64,000 nt of DNA from Felis catus. Its lineage: Eukaryota. The stretch lies in contig NC_058368.1 of assembly GCF_018350175.1 (NCBI RefSeq), positions 77,874,001-77,938,000 of the forward strand. The letters run 5' to 3'. The translations under genes and the position numbers were made by a program. The notes under the pieces were generated by a model. That model ran no database searches. It saw only the letters and a list, made by a program, of their open reading frames with translations, and was not told the DNA's origin. Below, piece after piece: positions 49,594 to 62,723 of this stretch (its first letter is position 1; each line of letters starts with the position of its first letter).

Positions 49594-50199
49594 CTAGGGG
49601 CACTTGTACCCCAATGTTTATAGCAGCACTCTCAACAATAGCCAAATTATGGAAAGAGCCTAAATGTCCATCAACTGATGAATGGATAAAGAAATTGTGG
49701 TTTATATACACAATGGAGTACTACAGGGCAATGAGAAAGAACAAAATATGGCCCTTTGTAGCAACGTGGATGGAACTGGAGAGTGTGATGCTAAGTGAAA
49801 TAAGCCATACAGAGAAAGACAGATACCATATGGTTTCATTCTTATGTGGATCCTGAGAAACTTAACAGAAACCCATGGGGGAGGGGAAGGAAAAAAAAGA
49901 AAAAAAAGAGGTTAGAGTGGGAGAGAGCCAAAGCATAAGAGACTGTTAAAAACTGAGAACAAACTGAGGGTTTGTTCTCTTCCTCTCTCAACTGAGGGGA
50001 AGGGGGAAAAAAAAGAGGTTAGAGTGGGAGAGAGCCAAAGCATAAGAGACTCTTAAAAACTGAGAACAAACTGAGGGGTGATGGGGGTGGGAGGGAGGGG
50101 AGGGTGGGTGATGGATATTGAGGAGGGCACCTTTTGGGATGAGCACTGGGTGTTGTATGGAAACCAATTTGACAATAAATTTCATATATTGAAAAAAAA
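49594..50199 (+). mobile_element. Young 5'-truncated felid L1 with an internal 3'UTR duplication
   Basis: ORF2 end ([19 protein letters not shown]...CGS*), 3'UTR and poly(A). Perfect 17-bp TSD AAGAAACCATGCATTTC at 49577-49593 and 50200-50216. Confidence 0.95.
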
Positions 50200-50331
50200 A
50201 AGAAACCATGCATTTCGATTCTAAATATTGGTCATAAAATGAGGTGGGGGTGAATTATAATATGTCTTATATGTTCTCAATATAACTGAGTATAGTAATT
50301 TCATCTCCTTAAAAAAGTAAGTCGTCTAGAG

Positions 50332-50665
50332 CCACGCTGTCCAATACTGTAACGCTAGCGACGTGTAGCTATTTTATATTTGCAGATAAAGTACTTGGTA
50401 AAAGTATGTCTCCATGCCATTATATTTAAAATGTATTTTTTGTTTGTCTAAAACTAAAATTGAACTGGATATCCTCTATTTTTATTTGCTAAATCTGGCC
50501 ACCGTAGGCTATTAAAATAAAAATACTTAAATTAAATATAATTAGAAATTCCAGGTAGCCAATTGCACTAGCCATATGTCAAGTGCCGAACAGCCACATG
50601 GAGCGTGTGGTCCTGCAGACCCGGGCCAGCTCCGTGTCTGCAGAGAGGACTATTGGATAGCACTG
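50332..50665 (+). mobile_element. hAT-Charlie MITE (MER33/MER3-like) with a nested MER53-like fragment
   Basis: Imperfect terminal inverted repeats CCACGCTGTCCAATA (50332-50346) and TATTGGATAGCACTG (50651-50665). The internal segment at about 50377-50506 ends ...ttgctaaatctggccacc. Confidence 0.65.
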
Positions 50666-52145
50666 GGGAGAATGTCTGAAATCTCCAAACCAAACATTAA
50701 GAAATATAATGCTAAAAATAATGATCTTCATCTAAAGACCTCTCATGCAGCGTTTTAACATTTCTAAATAAAATATACTAATACGATAATTCTCAACACT
50801 ATAACAATGGCTCCCAATTCTGGATTGCTTTGTATGTGCAGATTCTGTGCTAAGCATCGTCACCACATTCTCACGTCACTGTCATTACAATGTGATGCTA
50901 TGGGCTTTCTGATAGTAACGGTGATCTTATGGCCATGAAAACCAAGGCCCGGGGCCACTCATTCACTCCCCCGGGGCTGCTGCGACGTCATGGGCCAAGC
51001 ACCTGCGCCATAACCACTCTTGCCCCTTGACGTTACCGAGAAGTTGCAAACCTTTTGCACGAGGGTAAGGTGGGACTTTGTCCCAAATACTGGAAAGCTC
51101 AACAGTAGTAAATTTCAATTATGTGCCATCTCAGTTCACTTCAGTGCGCGGCAAATAATCACAGAAAGACCAGCATTGGGAAAAGATGGAACTCTGTTTG
51201 GAACAGTATAAAATGCCTCAGACATGCACAGCAGAGCTCCGGGCAATTGTTTTTTAGAACTTAAAGGGGGGAAAATGATAACAGATGACAGTTCTAAGGG
51301 GCCTATTCAAATCAAATGCAACCGGACTTCTATTTTTTTTTTTCTGCATCAGAAAGATTTTTGGGGGGAAAACCCAGAGGTGGTGTCAAAGGCAGCATTT
51401 CTCAGTGTCATTGTACAGCTCTTCTCCAGGCTACCTTGGCCCCGAGGGCCAAGGACCTACTGGCTGACAACTCGAGGAATCTGCTCGGAGAATTCAGAGG
51501 TCACCGACAGAGGCTGGTGGAAAGTCTGGTGGCATAACTGCATTATCTAATGAAAATGTCACCAAAGCAAGGCAGACGAGGATCTCCAGGTGGAGGTCGT
51601 TGGTGAGGATGACGGTAAGGAGGAGAAGCAGGGAGGCACTCCAACATGGAGCAGAAGGACACAGTGACACAGAACAGAAAGACCCGGCCCTAAAAGCCGA
51701 GCATTTTGTTCCGTCATTGGACTGGGCAGGAAAGGTTGATCAGACAGCTAACTGCCCTGGGGATGCTGTCTCTGTAGTCCCCTTGAAAGATCCAGAGAGA
51801 AGTCGCCTTGCCAACAATCACAGAGATGCTGGATGTCTGCAAGTGCTCTCCAGGGGTCAGACTTTCAATTCCCCCTCCCCGGCCCCAGCTGTGCTGTCTC
51901 ACCTTTCCTTGGGCCTCTCAGCCTTGACCTAACCAGTCCCCTCCTGCTGTCTGGCCTTGTCTTTCTCCTTTCTCTTCCCTCCCCTTACTGCGTCCTACTG
52001 CTAAATTTTTTTATGATGACAATATTTTATAACTGATATAATTCGTAACCTCTGACTATCCTTTGTTGTAGAATCCCAGTAAATAAACGGGAGTTGAATT
52101 TTTATAGCAGCTTTCTGATACATGAGATTAATACTATCCTAATGA

Positions 52146-52350
52146 GGGGTGCCTGGGTGGCTCCGTCGGTTGGAGCGTTCGACTTTGGCTCAGGTCATGA
52201 TCTTGGGGTTCGTGGGTTCAAGCCCCACGTCAGGCTCTGTGCTGACAGCTCAGAGCCTGGAGCCTGCTTTGGATTCTGTGTCTCCCTCTCTCTCTGCCCC
52301 TTCCTGGCTCCCTCTCTCTCTCAAAAATAAACATTAAAAAATGTAAAAAG
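52146..52350 (+). mobile_element. SINEC_Fc
   Basis: Head, CT-rich body, A tail and degenerate TSD. Confidence 0.93.
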
Positions 52351-53553
52351 AAAAACCATCCTCATGATAAGTTGGCAATTAAAAGGAACATCCCTCAGTC
52401 CTATGGCCCTCTGCAGAAAGGAATTTCAAGGGATGGTCATTTCAGCCTAAACTGGAACTCTAAGGATAATAATACTGAAAGATTTAGTTTAAAAAATATC
52501 AGGCACCAAAGAGTCAAGCCACATATTTTCAAAAAATGGCTTTACTTAGGGGGATTTTTACATTCCCCACACAAATCTGGGAATGCAATAGCAATGGAAA
52601 GAAACATACCTTTTCTTTCCAAAAAGTGTTCAGATTCTCGGTATGTGTAAGTGGATAAGTCATGGTAAGTGTGAAAACATTCCACTCCTGTCTCTTAACT
52701 AGATTTGATTTATTTGCCTCCATTTCCTTTATCAAATTGAAGACACCATCATAGGTCACATCTTGAATGGTATTATATGTTATCATTTAAGTGATTAAAC
52801 AATATAGCTCCCTGTAGATATAACTAAATCTCAACTTGCAATCTTTCTGAAGCAATTATTACTTAATATAGCATTTGAGTATGTAAAAGGAAGTGAAAAA
52901 AAACATGCAAAGACAAGTTTAGGAAAGGAATGACACATTTTGCAGTTAAGTGTTAGAAAACTTAGTACTCGTAGCAAAGCTTAGAAGTTAATCTTCCTGT
53001 CCAGATTTTACAGATGAAGCATGGGAGCGTAGCGGGGTTGAAGGAATTGCTTCAGAGAACAAAGAAGAAACTGAACTGAGATTCAAATTCGGTTCTGCTG
53101 TGTTCCCAAGTCCTTGCTTGGCGGGTTCTACTATGCTTTGAAGCTTAATGCCATCAAAGCACCCGATGAGACTGCTCCCAGTACAAGAACAGATATGGTG
53201 AGCCACCAAAAGGGAAAAAAAATGTAAACTGGGGAACATCATATTCTTAATATGCAGTTCACAGGTTCAACAGCATCTAAAAGTTTCCAGGGCTTGACTT
53301 CTCCTGGGAGAACTCAATGTAGGACATTCGGAATGACAGCTTTTAGGTTTATTTCTTCTGACAAGCTGACGTGGTTATTGCATTGTCTCCTGGGGAATTA
53401 GTGATTTGAACTGAAGAAACCATTCAAAATTAAGATATTTTGATTAAGTGGAACAGATCAACTGTTTACATTGAGAGTGCTCATCTTAATATCTCAGAAA
53501 AAAAAGACTAAACGGTGGGTAATGGGACTATTGCAGATAAAAGTAGTAGTGGG

Positions 53554-53703
53554 TTGAACATCCACCTCTTGATTTAGGCTCAGGTCATGATCTCACGGTG
53601 AGTTCGAACTTGGGATCTTTCTCCCCCTCTCTCTCCAACCCTTCCCTGCTCACACACTCACACACACTCACTCTCTCAAAATAAATTAATAAACTTAAAA
53701 AAA
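53554..53703 (+). mobile_element. 5'-truncated, internally deleted SINEC
   Basis: TSD aaagtagtagtggg on both sides. Confidence 0.85.
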
Positions 53704-54039
53704 ATAAAGTAGTAGTGGGGAAAACCCCTTCCAGTCTAGTTCAGTACATCTGGTCAGAACAAAGACTTTGAAGGCACAGTGGAGGACAGATGACTGATGA
53801 CACTGAGAGTGGCATCTTAACCAAAGGGTCCAATGCTGCGGTGGAGAGGATGGAGAAATAATGACAAGGAGAAGCTTAATTATTCGTACAATAAACGCTG
53901 TGGATAACTTCTAACAGTCACAAAGAAGGTATACAACAAAACAAGAGTGCGATAAGAATGTAGGTTACTCATGCATTCTTGCAGAGATTTGGAAAATCCA
54001 TTTAGTTTTATGTAAATCTGAGCTAACAATTCATGACCA

Positions 54040-54481
54040 GTTATGGATTGAATAGTATTCCCCCAGAATTCATGTACTGAATTTCTAACCCCAAATACCT
54101 CAGAATGTACCTCTAGGTAGAAAGAGATCACTGCAAATGCAATTAATCCAGTTCAGATGAGGTCATTAGGGGGGCGGCCCTGATCCAATGTGACTGGCAT
54201 CCTTATTATAAAAAGGGGAAATGTGGACACAGACACACCCAGGGGGAATGCCACGGGCAAATGAAAGCAGAGATCAGGGTGATCTGGGAAGGCCAAAGAA
54301 CGCCAAAGATCACCAACAAGCACTAGAAGCCAAGGGAGAGGCTTGGAAGGGATTCTCCCTCACCACCCTCTGAAGGAATTGACATCTTGGTGTTGGACTT
54401 CCAGGCTCCAGACTGTGAGGCAGTTTCTGTTATGTGAGCCACCTGGTAGTACTTAGCTCTGGCCACCCTAGCAGGCCAATG
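54040..54481 (+). mobile_element. MaLR solo LTR (MLT1B/C-like)
   Basis: Starts gttatggattgaatagtattccccc and contains gatgaggtcattag...ccctgatccaatgtgactggcatcctt and ggacttccaggctccagactgtgag. Confidence 0.8.
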
Positions 54482-55764
54482 AAGTGTCCAAGGATGCATT
54501 CTTCATCTGGTTTTCTATACGGACTGCATCAGATCATGAAAGTGTGACCCACACACACTTTGCATTTGATGTTAGAATCCAAGTAAAACGAAAAGGTCAT
54601 CTTCTGTCTCACATGAATCAGAGTTTTGTTTTTCTTAATAATACAACCTTTTCAAACTAAAATATATTCAGAAGCAAATTAATAATTGAATATTGAAAAA
54701 GGCAAGCATCTGAAATTCATTTATACCGCACAATGTATTCTCAAGTATTACATATGAATGTTGTGCTTCGTTGGATGGTTTGTGATGGATTCCACCAATG
54801 TGAAAACAAAAAAGATAAATGAATAAAACAAACATAGGCAGAATCTGAACAAGATTGGGTAAAAAAATGTATGTTTCTTAAAAACAAAAATTAAACCACA
54901 ATACTCTAAACCCTCCATTATAGTGTGGATGAAATGAGAATAAGCTGATGGCATATCTTTTTCACATTCACCTATAAGCATATTATTTTAGCACACTATA
55001 CATGCTTAATAAGTATTTCTCCTGTCTGCAAATGAGCATACCATGACTTCAACCATAATTATTCATACAAAAAAAGAGACAAATAGAGATGTATTGAGAC
55101 TCATAGATAATTCACATTACTTAAAATCATTCACCTGATGATTCTGACATATAAGAGAGTCACAGATAAAAACTTTAATGCATGCCTCCTTGAATGAGAC
55201 CCTAGTGAGAAAGGGTGGTCATCGATGCCAATTTTCTGCTACCTTCCTGTGGTCCACACCCAAGGGGGTTCCTAAACTTATTACACATAATATGTAATGA
55301 TAATTTTTCCAAGTATTATCTTATAAAAAAAAACAAATTTGGTAATGTGTTGGGTACCACACTTTGATACAAATATGAAATGGAAACAAACACAAACTTT
55401 TTTCATTTAATCTCAATTTTCTTGAGAAATCAAATCTAAATTAGTTTTGTATTATGCAAATCAGGCCCAGTTTGAAGTAATCTAGAAATTACTTTAATTC
55501 TGGCTATTGATGGCTTTAAAGAGTTACACTTGCTACTAAAGAAACCCAGACTACATGATTCTTAGTAGCTTCTTTTGGGACTGCCATCAAACTCAATTAA
55601 AAAATGTGATAAATCAAAAGTCAAACTACCCGTTATGAGTAAAAATTTTCTCACAAACCTCAACAAAAAACCATACAGGTGACATATTTGAACAAAGATT
55701 CTTTATTTGATATATATTTACGGCTATGCCAAACCAATGAGTCCACTTAAGAGATGCATGGCTA

Positions 55765-55985
55765 GGGGCGCCTGGGTGGCGCAGTCAGTTAAGCATCCGA
55801 CTTCAGCCAGGTCACGATCTCACGGTCCGTGAGTTCGAGCCCCGCGTCAGGCTCTGGGCTGATGGCTCAGAGCCTGGAGCCTGTTTCCGATTCTGTGTCT
55901 CCCTCTCTCTCTGCCCCTCCCCCGTTCATGCTCTGTCTCTCTCTGTCCCAAAAATAAATAAACGTTGAAAAAAAATTAAAAAAAA
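55765..55985 (+). mobile_element. Young SINEC_Fc
   Basis: TSD aagagatgcatggcta at 55749-55764 and 55986-56001. Nearly identical to the copy at 890-1117. Confidence 0.97.
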
Positions 55986-56609
55986 AAGAGATGCATGGCT
56001 AGAAATCTACCAATTCACTATGCACCCAAATAACTAAAAGACAATAGCAGTCCTTATATGAATATTAATAAAAAATATATTTCTAGAGTAAATAAAAGAA
56101 ACATTTTTCAGAGACAGGTGCATGGGAATCACCATTATTTTATATGTGAGTCAAATCTCTTTTAGAAACTCATTTTTCTTCTTTTTCTTTATAACTGGGG
56201 CAAAAGGGTAAAAGGCTGTACCCAGTTCCTCAGCTAAATAATTATTCATTTCTGAATACTTTCTGCCATGTTCTACGTGCCACTGACTCTGATCATCTGA
56301 CGGGAACAGAATGTTTCTCAGGGAAAAAGATGTCATACCTGGACACACTGCATATAAAGATTTTGGTTTTGGAAATGCTAAAATGTGAGTCTCAGACACA
56401 AGAGCCACAGTCTCTTCTAAGTACTGTGCTAGTTGTTTCCTACAGTTATTTCATGGACCCTTGCAAGACCTCCTGTGGTGAAAATCACACTTATTTACAG
56501 ATGAGGAAACTAAGAAGGAGAATGATCAGATTACGCACATAAGATCACAGAAGGAGAGATAACGTGGCCAAGCACTTTATCACACCGTCGGATTTCTCTG
56601 CTATCACAC

Positions 56610-56633
56610 CGTCTGATTTCTCTGCGCATCGCC
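56610..56633 (-). CDS. Candidate exon A (24 nt, phase 2-2) of an unidentified minus-strand gene
   Basis: Minus strand: ctagttctgtcttttaag|GGCGATGCGCAGAGAAATCAGACG|gtgtga, encoding AMRREIR(R). The phase fits exon B, but the donor is weak and duplicated. Confidence 0.35.
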
Positions 56634-56991
56634 CTTAAAAGACAGAACTAGATAGAGAAAGGCTTGTGCTGCAGGCAGAGTTACTCTACGTAATAACCCG
56701 CAGCCGGGAGCAGTGCTCGTTAAAAACACGGACAGGGTGTTTTCAAACAGATGTTGAAGCAAGAAGGCACTGGGAGATGCTGGAGTTAACTTCTCAAATC
56801 CTAGGAACTCAGGAATTGAACTTCTCAGCCTCATTCCTCATTTTAAAATCAGCTGGCAAGTTACTCTTCACTTCTGCCTGCTCCAACACTCCTTACGTTT
56901 CTACCTACTTTATGAATTCACTCTTTTCTGGCTCTCCATTTCATTTTCAATTTGATGATTTGAGAAGTTAAGGGAAGTCTGACTTCCAGTC

Positions 56992-57035
<44 letters not shown>

Positions 57036-57082
57036 CTATCTACCTATCATCGATTTATCATTCATCTGTCAATCTATGTATC

Positions 57083-57117
<35 letters not shown>

Positions 57118-57125
57118 ATCTATCT
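56992..57125. repeat. Compound (TATC/GATA)n tetranucleotide STR
   Basis: Two TATC runs separated by a degenerate spacer. Confidence 0.95.
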
Positions 57126-57994
57126 CACTGAAAAGTCAAAATCAATTGTGAAGCAATGACTAGTTTGCATGGGAATGAATTCCTGAGAATTCTGATACAT
57201 TTAATTTTCTTTCATGGGCGAGGAGAGGGGAGATCACTGGAGACTGGGACCTGCCAACAAGCCGCTTAGGTACCACCAAATTACTAATTATTTAATTGTA
57301 TTTGTGGCACATTTTCTTAATTTTTGCAATTTTCTTACTCAGATTCTAATTATATCTGAATATTCCCTATTTCTTCAGCAAAAACAATAAAAGCTATACA
57401 ATTAAGCTTTATTTTAAAATAGAGTTATTTTTCCTCCTCTGCAAATTCTCTGCTTCTATGACATTATTCTAGAATTGGTTCTGGTTATAGATCACAACTC
57501 CCCAGCTAACTTGAACTTCAGGAAACTCCTTACCTTCCAAGCCTGTGTTCTCATGTCTGGCACAGGACCAATAGAATCTACCTTTAGGATGAAGAGAAAG
57601 GAAAATACAAAAGCACCCCCCATAGGTCTAAAAGGCAGAGAAACATAAGTGTGTTCTAGAAGAGTTGGCAAGAAAGAGCCACCGTGAATCTGGATGTGTA
57701 AATAAGGTTACAACACTTTTTATACCATAACTTCAGCTTTGTAGGACGATAGGCATCTATCTGGAACAAATAGGTAAGAAAAGCACAACTGGCCATAAAC
57801 TATGGTAAAGGCACACATTGACCAATTCAACTAGCCAAAAGTGTCTTTGAAAGCAAATCGTACTGTGCTATTTACTGCAGCAGAGAGAGAGTAAGTGTAT
57901 CCATACATACTTGGAATCACTGATTAACACTGTGTTAATGTGGACAGTATGGAATTTGGGGGTCAGATAGATTTGATTTAAAGTATACTTCTTT

Positions 57995-58200
57995 CTGGGT
58001 GGCTCAGTCGGTTAAGCGTTTGACTTCAACTCAGGTCATGATCTCACGGTTGGTGGGTTCAAGCCCCGCATCGGGCTCTGTGCTGGCAGCACAGAGACTG
58101 CTTCTGCTTCAGATCCTCTGCGTCCCTCTCACTCTGCCCCTCCTCTGCTCACTTTCTCTCTCTTTCTCTCTCTCAAAAATAAACATTAAAATTTTTTTAA
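57995..58200 (+). mobile_element. SINEC_Fc, slightly 5'-truncated
   Basis: TSD tatacttctttc. Confidence 0.92.
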
Positions 58201-58629
58201 TTATACTTCTTTCATTTATTCTCTCATTGACATTAGCAAATTTACTAAATTTTCATGACTTTCCGTCCCATTCCGTAAAAGTAAGGATATGAGTAGCAGC
58301 TACTGTAATTTATACAGGCAACAGAAAATTTTAAATATCAATTTCCATTACAAAGCTTATTATGACAAGTGTCTCCTATCCACCCTTCTGACTCACTAGT
58401 CTTGCTTCTCAGAAGCAATCATTACCATTTGAGTTGTTTCTTTTAGCATTTAAAGTTATATTTCTTTTAAAAAGAACTCTTAAAAAATTAACTCTTGAAT
58501 TATACGTTTTAGAAATTCTCTACTTATTTTCCATTATAGTGGGTGGCTATTCTGTCCTTTCAAGCAATATCTTAGTTAAATTAATCATTAGCTTACATGT
58601 TTTGTGACTATTTAAATATTGTTCCCTGT

Positions 58630-58880
58630 GGGGTGCCTGGGTGGCTCAGTATGGTAGGCATCCGACTCTTGATTTCATCTCAGGTTATGAATCTCATGTT
58701 TCATGAGTTTGAGTCCCACGTTGGGCTCCAAGCTGGCAACATGGAACCTGCTTTGGATTCTCTCTCTCTCTCTGCCCCTCCCCCACTAGCACTCATTCTC
58801 TTCTCTCTCTGTCCCAAAATAAATAAACTTAGTAAGTAAATGAATGAATGAATGAATGAATGAATGAATGAATGAATGAA
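58630..58880 (+). mobile_element. SINEC with a (GAAT)n tail
   Basis: Head ggggtgcctgggtggctcag and a microsatellite tail. Confidence 0.9.
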
Positions 58881-61800
58881 TAATGCTGGGCCCAAACATT
58901 GTAATATGTGTTTATTCTTTGCATAAATTGTTTCTTAAGGTTAACAAATGGATGCTATCTCTTCATTTGCCTAATTGTTTTTAACATATCCATCGTGAAC
59001 ATTTCCCAAAGATCTCTATAAAAAAATCCTACCAATCTAACCCACTTATGTTCAAATGCACCTGGGAATCCGTACCTTTTCCTCTCTTTTTATTTTCTCT
59101 GGAGTCCTTCACCCTGGAACTTCTCCAGATCTGTCCCATAGGTATGCCCTCTCTCCTTTCTTCTCCATTAAAAACCTTGTTTCCTCGAGTTCCTGCTTTT
59201 TCTTTTCCTGTTCGTATCCTATTCTTACCCATAGGCAGCAGTGTTTACCTTGAGTCAGCTGAACTTTGAAGGGTTCCCAAATTTTCACATCACTAGTGCT
59301 TTGGTTTTGGGTTATTGATTTATCAGAGGAAACAGTTTGAAATCTCCAGCTTTGGGGACATATGCATGGCCACAGACACTTTCAGTTAAAAGTACATGAA
59401 GACAGAGGATCCCACCTGTAAGTGTGTAGAACGCCATACACCCATTGTGTTTTTATTTCTACACTTTAATCTAGAATTGATGTGTCCTGAGTCTCAGTTT
59501 CTCTGGCTCACTTACTCCAGAGAACAAGTGAGGGTGGCCGGGGGAGGGGGGTTTGGTGGGGGGAGGGAAGGAGAGGAAGAATGTCTCCTAGATGTCTAGG
59601 TCCCTACCTAGTTAATGCGCAAATAGACTTTCAACCAGTCTTCCTATGATCAGTCCCATGCCTGGCCTATAGAATTCAATGGAAGTTTGTTCTTCCATGT
59701 TCTGACCTTCTTGTGTACCTGATGGACCTGTCTTTAAAGACATTCTCTCATTTAAACTTTATATCATCCATATGAAAGAGATACACATATTAATCTCTTC
59801 TATCGACCAGGCAAGAGGTATTCCTGAGGTCAAGACACCATAAAATGCTAGTGATGAGACCGAGGCCCAGTTTCATCCAACTAGAAAGCTTATGCTACAC
59901 AATATATATTATATTATATGGGTAAATGTGTATATATATTTACAGTTGTAATCCAAATTGGGCCATGTTTGTACAGTGACATATAAAGTATAAAACAACA
60001 CAGAATTTGGCAATGATCACAATAAGAGTGTTATCAAACATAAGCAAAACATCAGCTTGGAAAGAGAGTGAGAAAGTAATATAATTGTCCTTAAAATGGA
60101 TTCCAAAGCCAAGGCTTGGAATTACAAAACAAAATAAAACAAGACAAAGCAAAACAAAACAAAACACACACACACAAAAAAAACAACTTGAATTAGCTAG
60201 CACCCTCTGCTGAGGACAAATGAAAACAATGATACCACCTTTCAGCATAAGAAAACAGAAACAGATGCTTTAATGATAAAGCTTACATAAACTTGGGAGT
60301 TTGCTTTTATTATTTTTTTCCACTGAGAACTTATATTTGGGAATAGATTTGCAGCAGTGAGAAGGGGGTTGGCAAGTGATTTTTCCAGCCGATAGATACT
60401 GCGGATATGGAGGGGGGATTGTTTAGTGCTACAGGGGCCGTAACTCTGAAGGAGCCACCAAAAACTGAACTTAACAGGGAGCCTGAGTTTTAACTCCAGC
60501 GACACCAATGACTGTAACATAGACATCTGGGATAATGACAAGTTATTCAGTGTAAGGACACATTCCCAACATCCTGCTAAACTGTAGAGAAAGAGAAAGC
60601 TTTATGTCTGCAGTATTCTGAAACATTAAGATTTAATCTTCACTGGCAATAAAATGCCTGAAAAATGCTTCCTCTGGATTCTCTGTGCAGGAGGGAAAGT
60701 CAAATTATTAATCAAAAATGTAGCCAGAACTCTGTTCCCTTCCAGACAGAATGAATTTCTTTTTTTCATCCTGCATTTCCTTTGCTATGAATACGTGATG
60801 TGCAGAAGGTAAGGGCAACAGCTCTGCAAGACGGATCAGGATCATGTAGGCAGTTACTTCATTAAGCCTGATAAGGATTCGTGTTATACTGAGATTTCAC
60901 AGATGTGTCCCTTCGAATAGATGAGTTTCATCCTGAAGATTTCATTCTCCTATTTATTTCATTATGGCTATTTGCCCCACTCCCCACAAGATCTGTTCTC
61001 AGTGCAGACTTAAATTTAGCATTGAATGCAATCCATTTCATCTGGTAACCTGAAAGCAAGATTGCTCCTGAGCAAAACAGTGTCATCCCCAAAAAACCAA
61101 AAGGATAGATTTTTTAAACAGAGAGAATATAATCCCTGCCCCCACTCACATGGGGGCAGGCTACAGTCAACCGAGTAGAATGAGTGTTTGTCCTCAGGCT
61201 GGTTCAATGACTGGATATACTGACGGTCTCCAATTCTTTGACCTTAAAACGTCCTATCTTCCAACCCAAAATATCAACAAGAAATGTTTCTCTCTTAGCA
61301 GTTTTCACGTCATTAGTAGTTTAATGCAATTGCTTAGTTCTTTAAAGAACATGGGGAGAGAATTTTGTCCTCAAGCTTTTAGAATAAGTGCATTCATATG
61401 AATATTGTTTCGCTTGGCCATTCAGGTAGGCTGAAGTAAATCTAATAATCTGGCAAAATTTAATTTCCTTGCTTTCTTGAGTCATAAAAATGATGCATCC
61501 AATGTCAGTGATAAAGAGCTTTAACCAGGTTTGATGTCAAATAAGGCTTTTTCATTATTTGTAGTTGCTTCATTTCAGAATCTCCTTTCGACATTTCAAA
61601 AAAAACCCACCTCATGAACCCAGTCAGATCCAAGTTGTCAGAACCCAGTTTTCAGATCCAAATTGAAAGTTTCAGACGCCCCCTTTCCCCTCCAGCACCA
61701 AGGCCCGGACAGGACACAGGGCTCCAGCTCCGCCAAGAGCCAGCACTCACCACCACCCCCCTCCCTTGGAAAGCTGATGATGCAGGAAGGAACTGCACAG

Positions 61801-62723
61801 AACAGGTTGTGGTGAGGGCTTCCAGGGGAAGCAGTGTCCACTGTCCCGCAGATGGTCATGGTGATGTCCTCATCCGACAAGATAGTTAGAGGACAGACTG
61901 CATTGTCGCCAGCTGCATAGCTTTCAAGCCGGGTTAGCTGGCTTTCCTAGAGTTTCCATGAGCCACCTAATAGCCTTAAATGCAATTTATTTTTACACTT
62001 AAATTAGTCATACAATTGGCCAATGTCCTTTGCTTGCAAATAAGAACTCTGACTGATATTGTGTTTTCTATTTGCTCTAATTCTTCGGCTTTGGGATTTC
62101 TATCTAGACCAGGATGATACACAATATCCCCTGATTTGGAAATGCATGTTATTCTAATACAAGAATTTTAATCTCCCTCAAATGCTTTGTATGGGTAGGT
62201 GTGCTTTCTGGATGGTGGCAACGAAAGGATGAATGAAGTCAATTTGCTGCCATCTAGAAAATGCTCGTATCAATGTTTTATATCAAGATAATGATGGGTA
62301 CCTATGAGAGCCATGATAAAATTTGCTTCCGGGGAGTAGTCTACCCTTGGGTAAAAATATATTGCTTTCATTTTTTTTCCATTACATCAGGAATCAGTGT
62401 AATCTTGTTGTGGAAAAAGAGCAATTTTTATTTGAGCCTATAACTACCCCTTAACATTGTCTTCCTTTTCGGTTGAAAGTCTATTTTATGGATACTCTCC
62501 AGTTACTTTTACCTGATCTCCCAAAACAGCCTCCCCCTTAACACACGTGCAGTTGAGGAAGGGTGCTGGCAATAGGAGACACATATGAGCTGTGGAAGCC
62601 AGGGAATGACAGCTAAGTCACAGTCCTCATCCTCAAGAATCTTACAGTACAATCTTAAGGGTAAGATTAGTATTAAACAATAGAAATTAAAAAAAAAAGA
62701 AAGAAAGAAAAAAAGCTTTCACT

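Noticed and set aside
353..58839. Recurring MAQSVK/MAQSVE-type ORFs as a gene family
   Set aside because: All are translations of SINEC copies.
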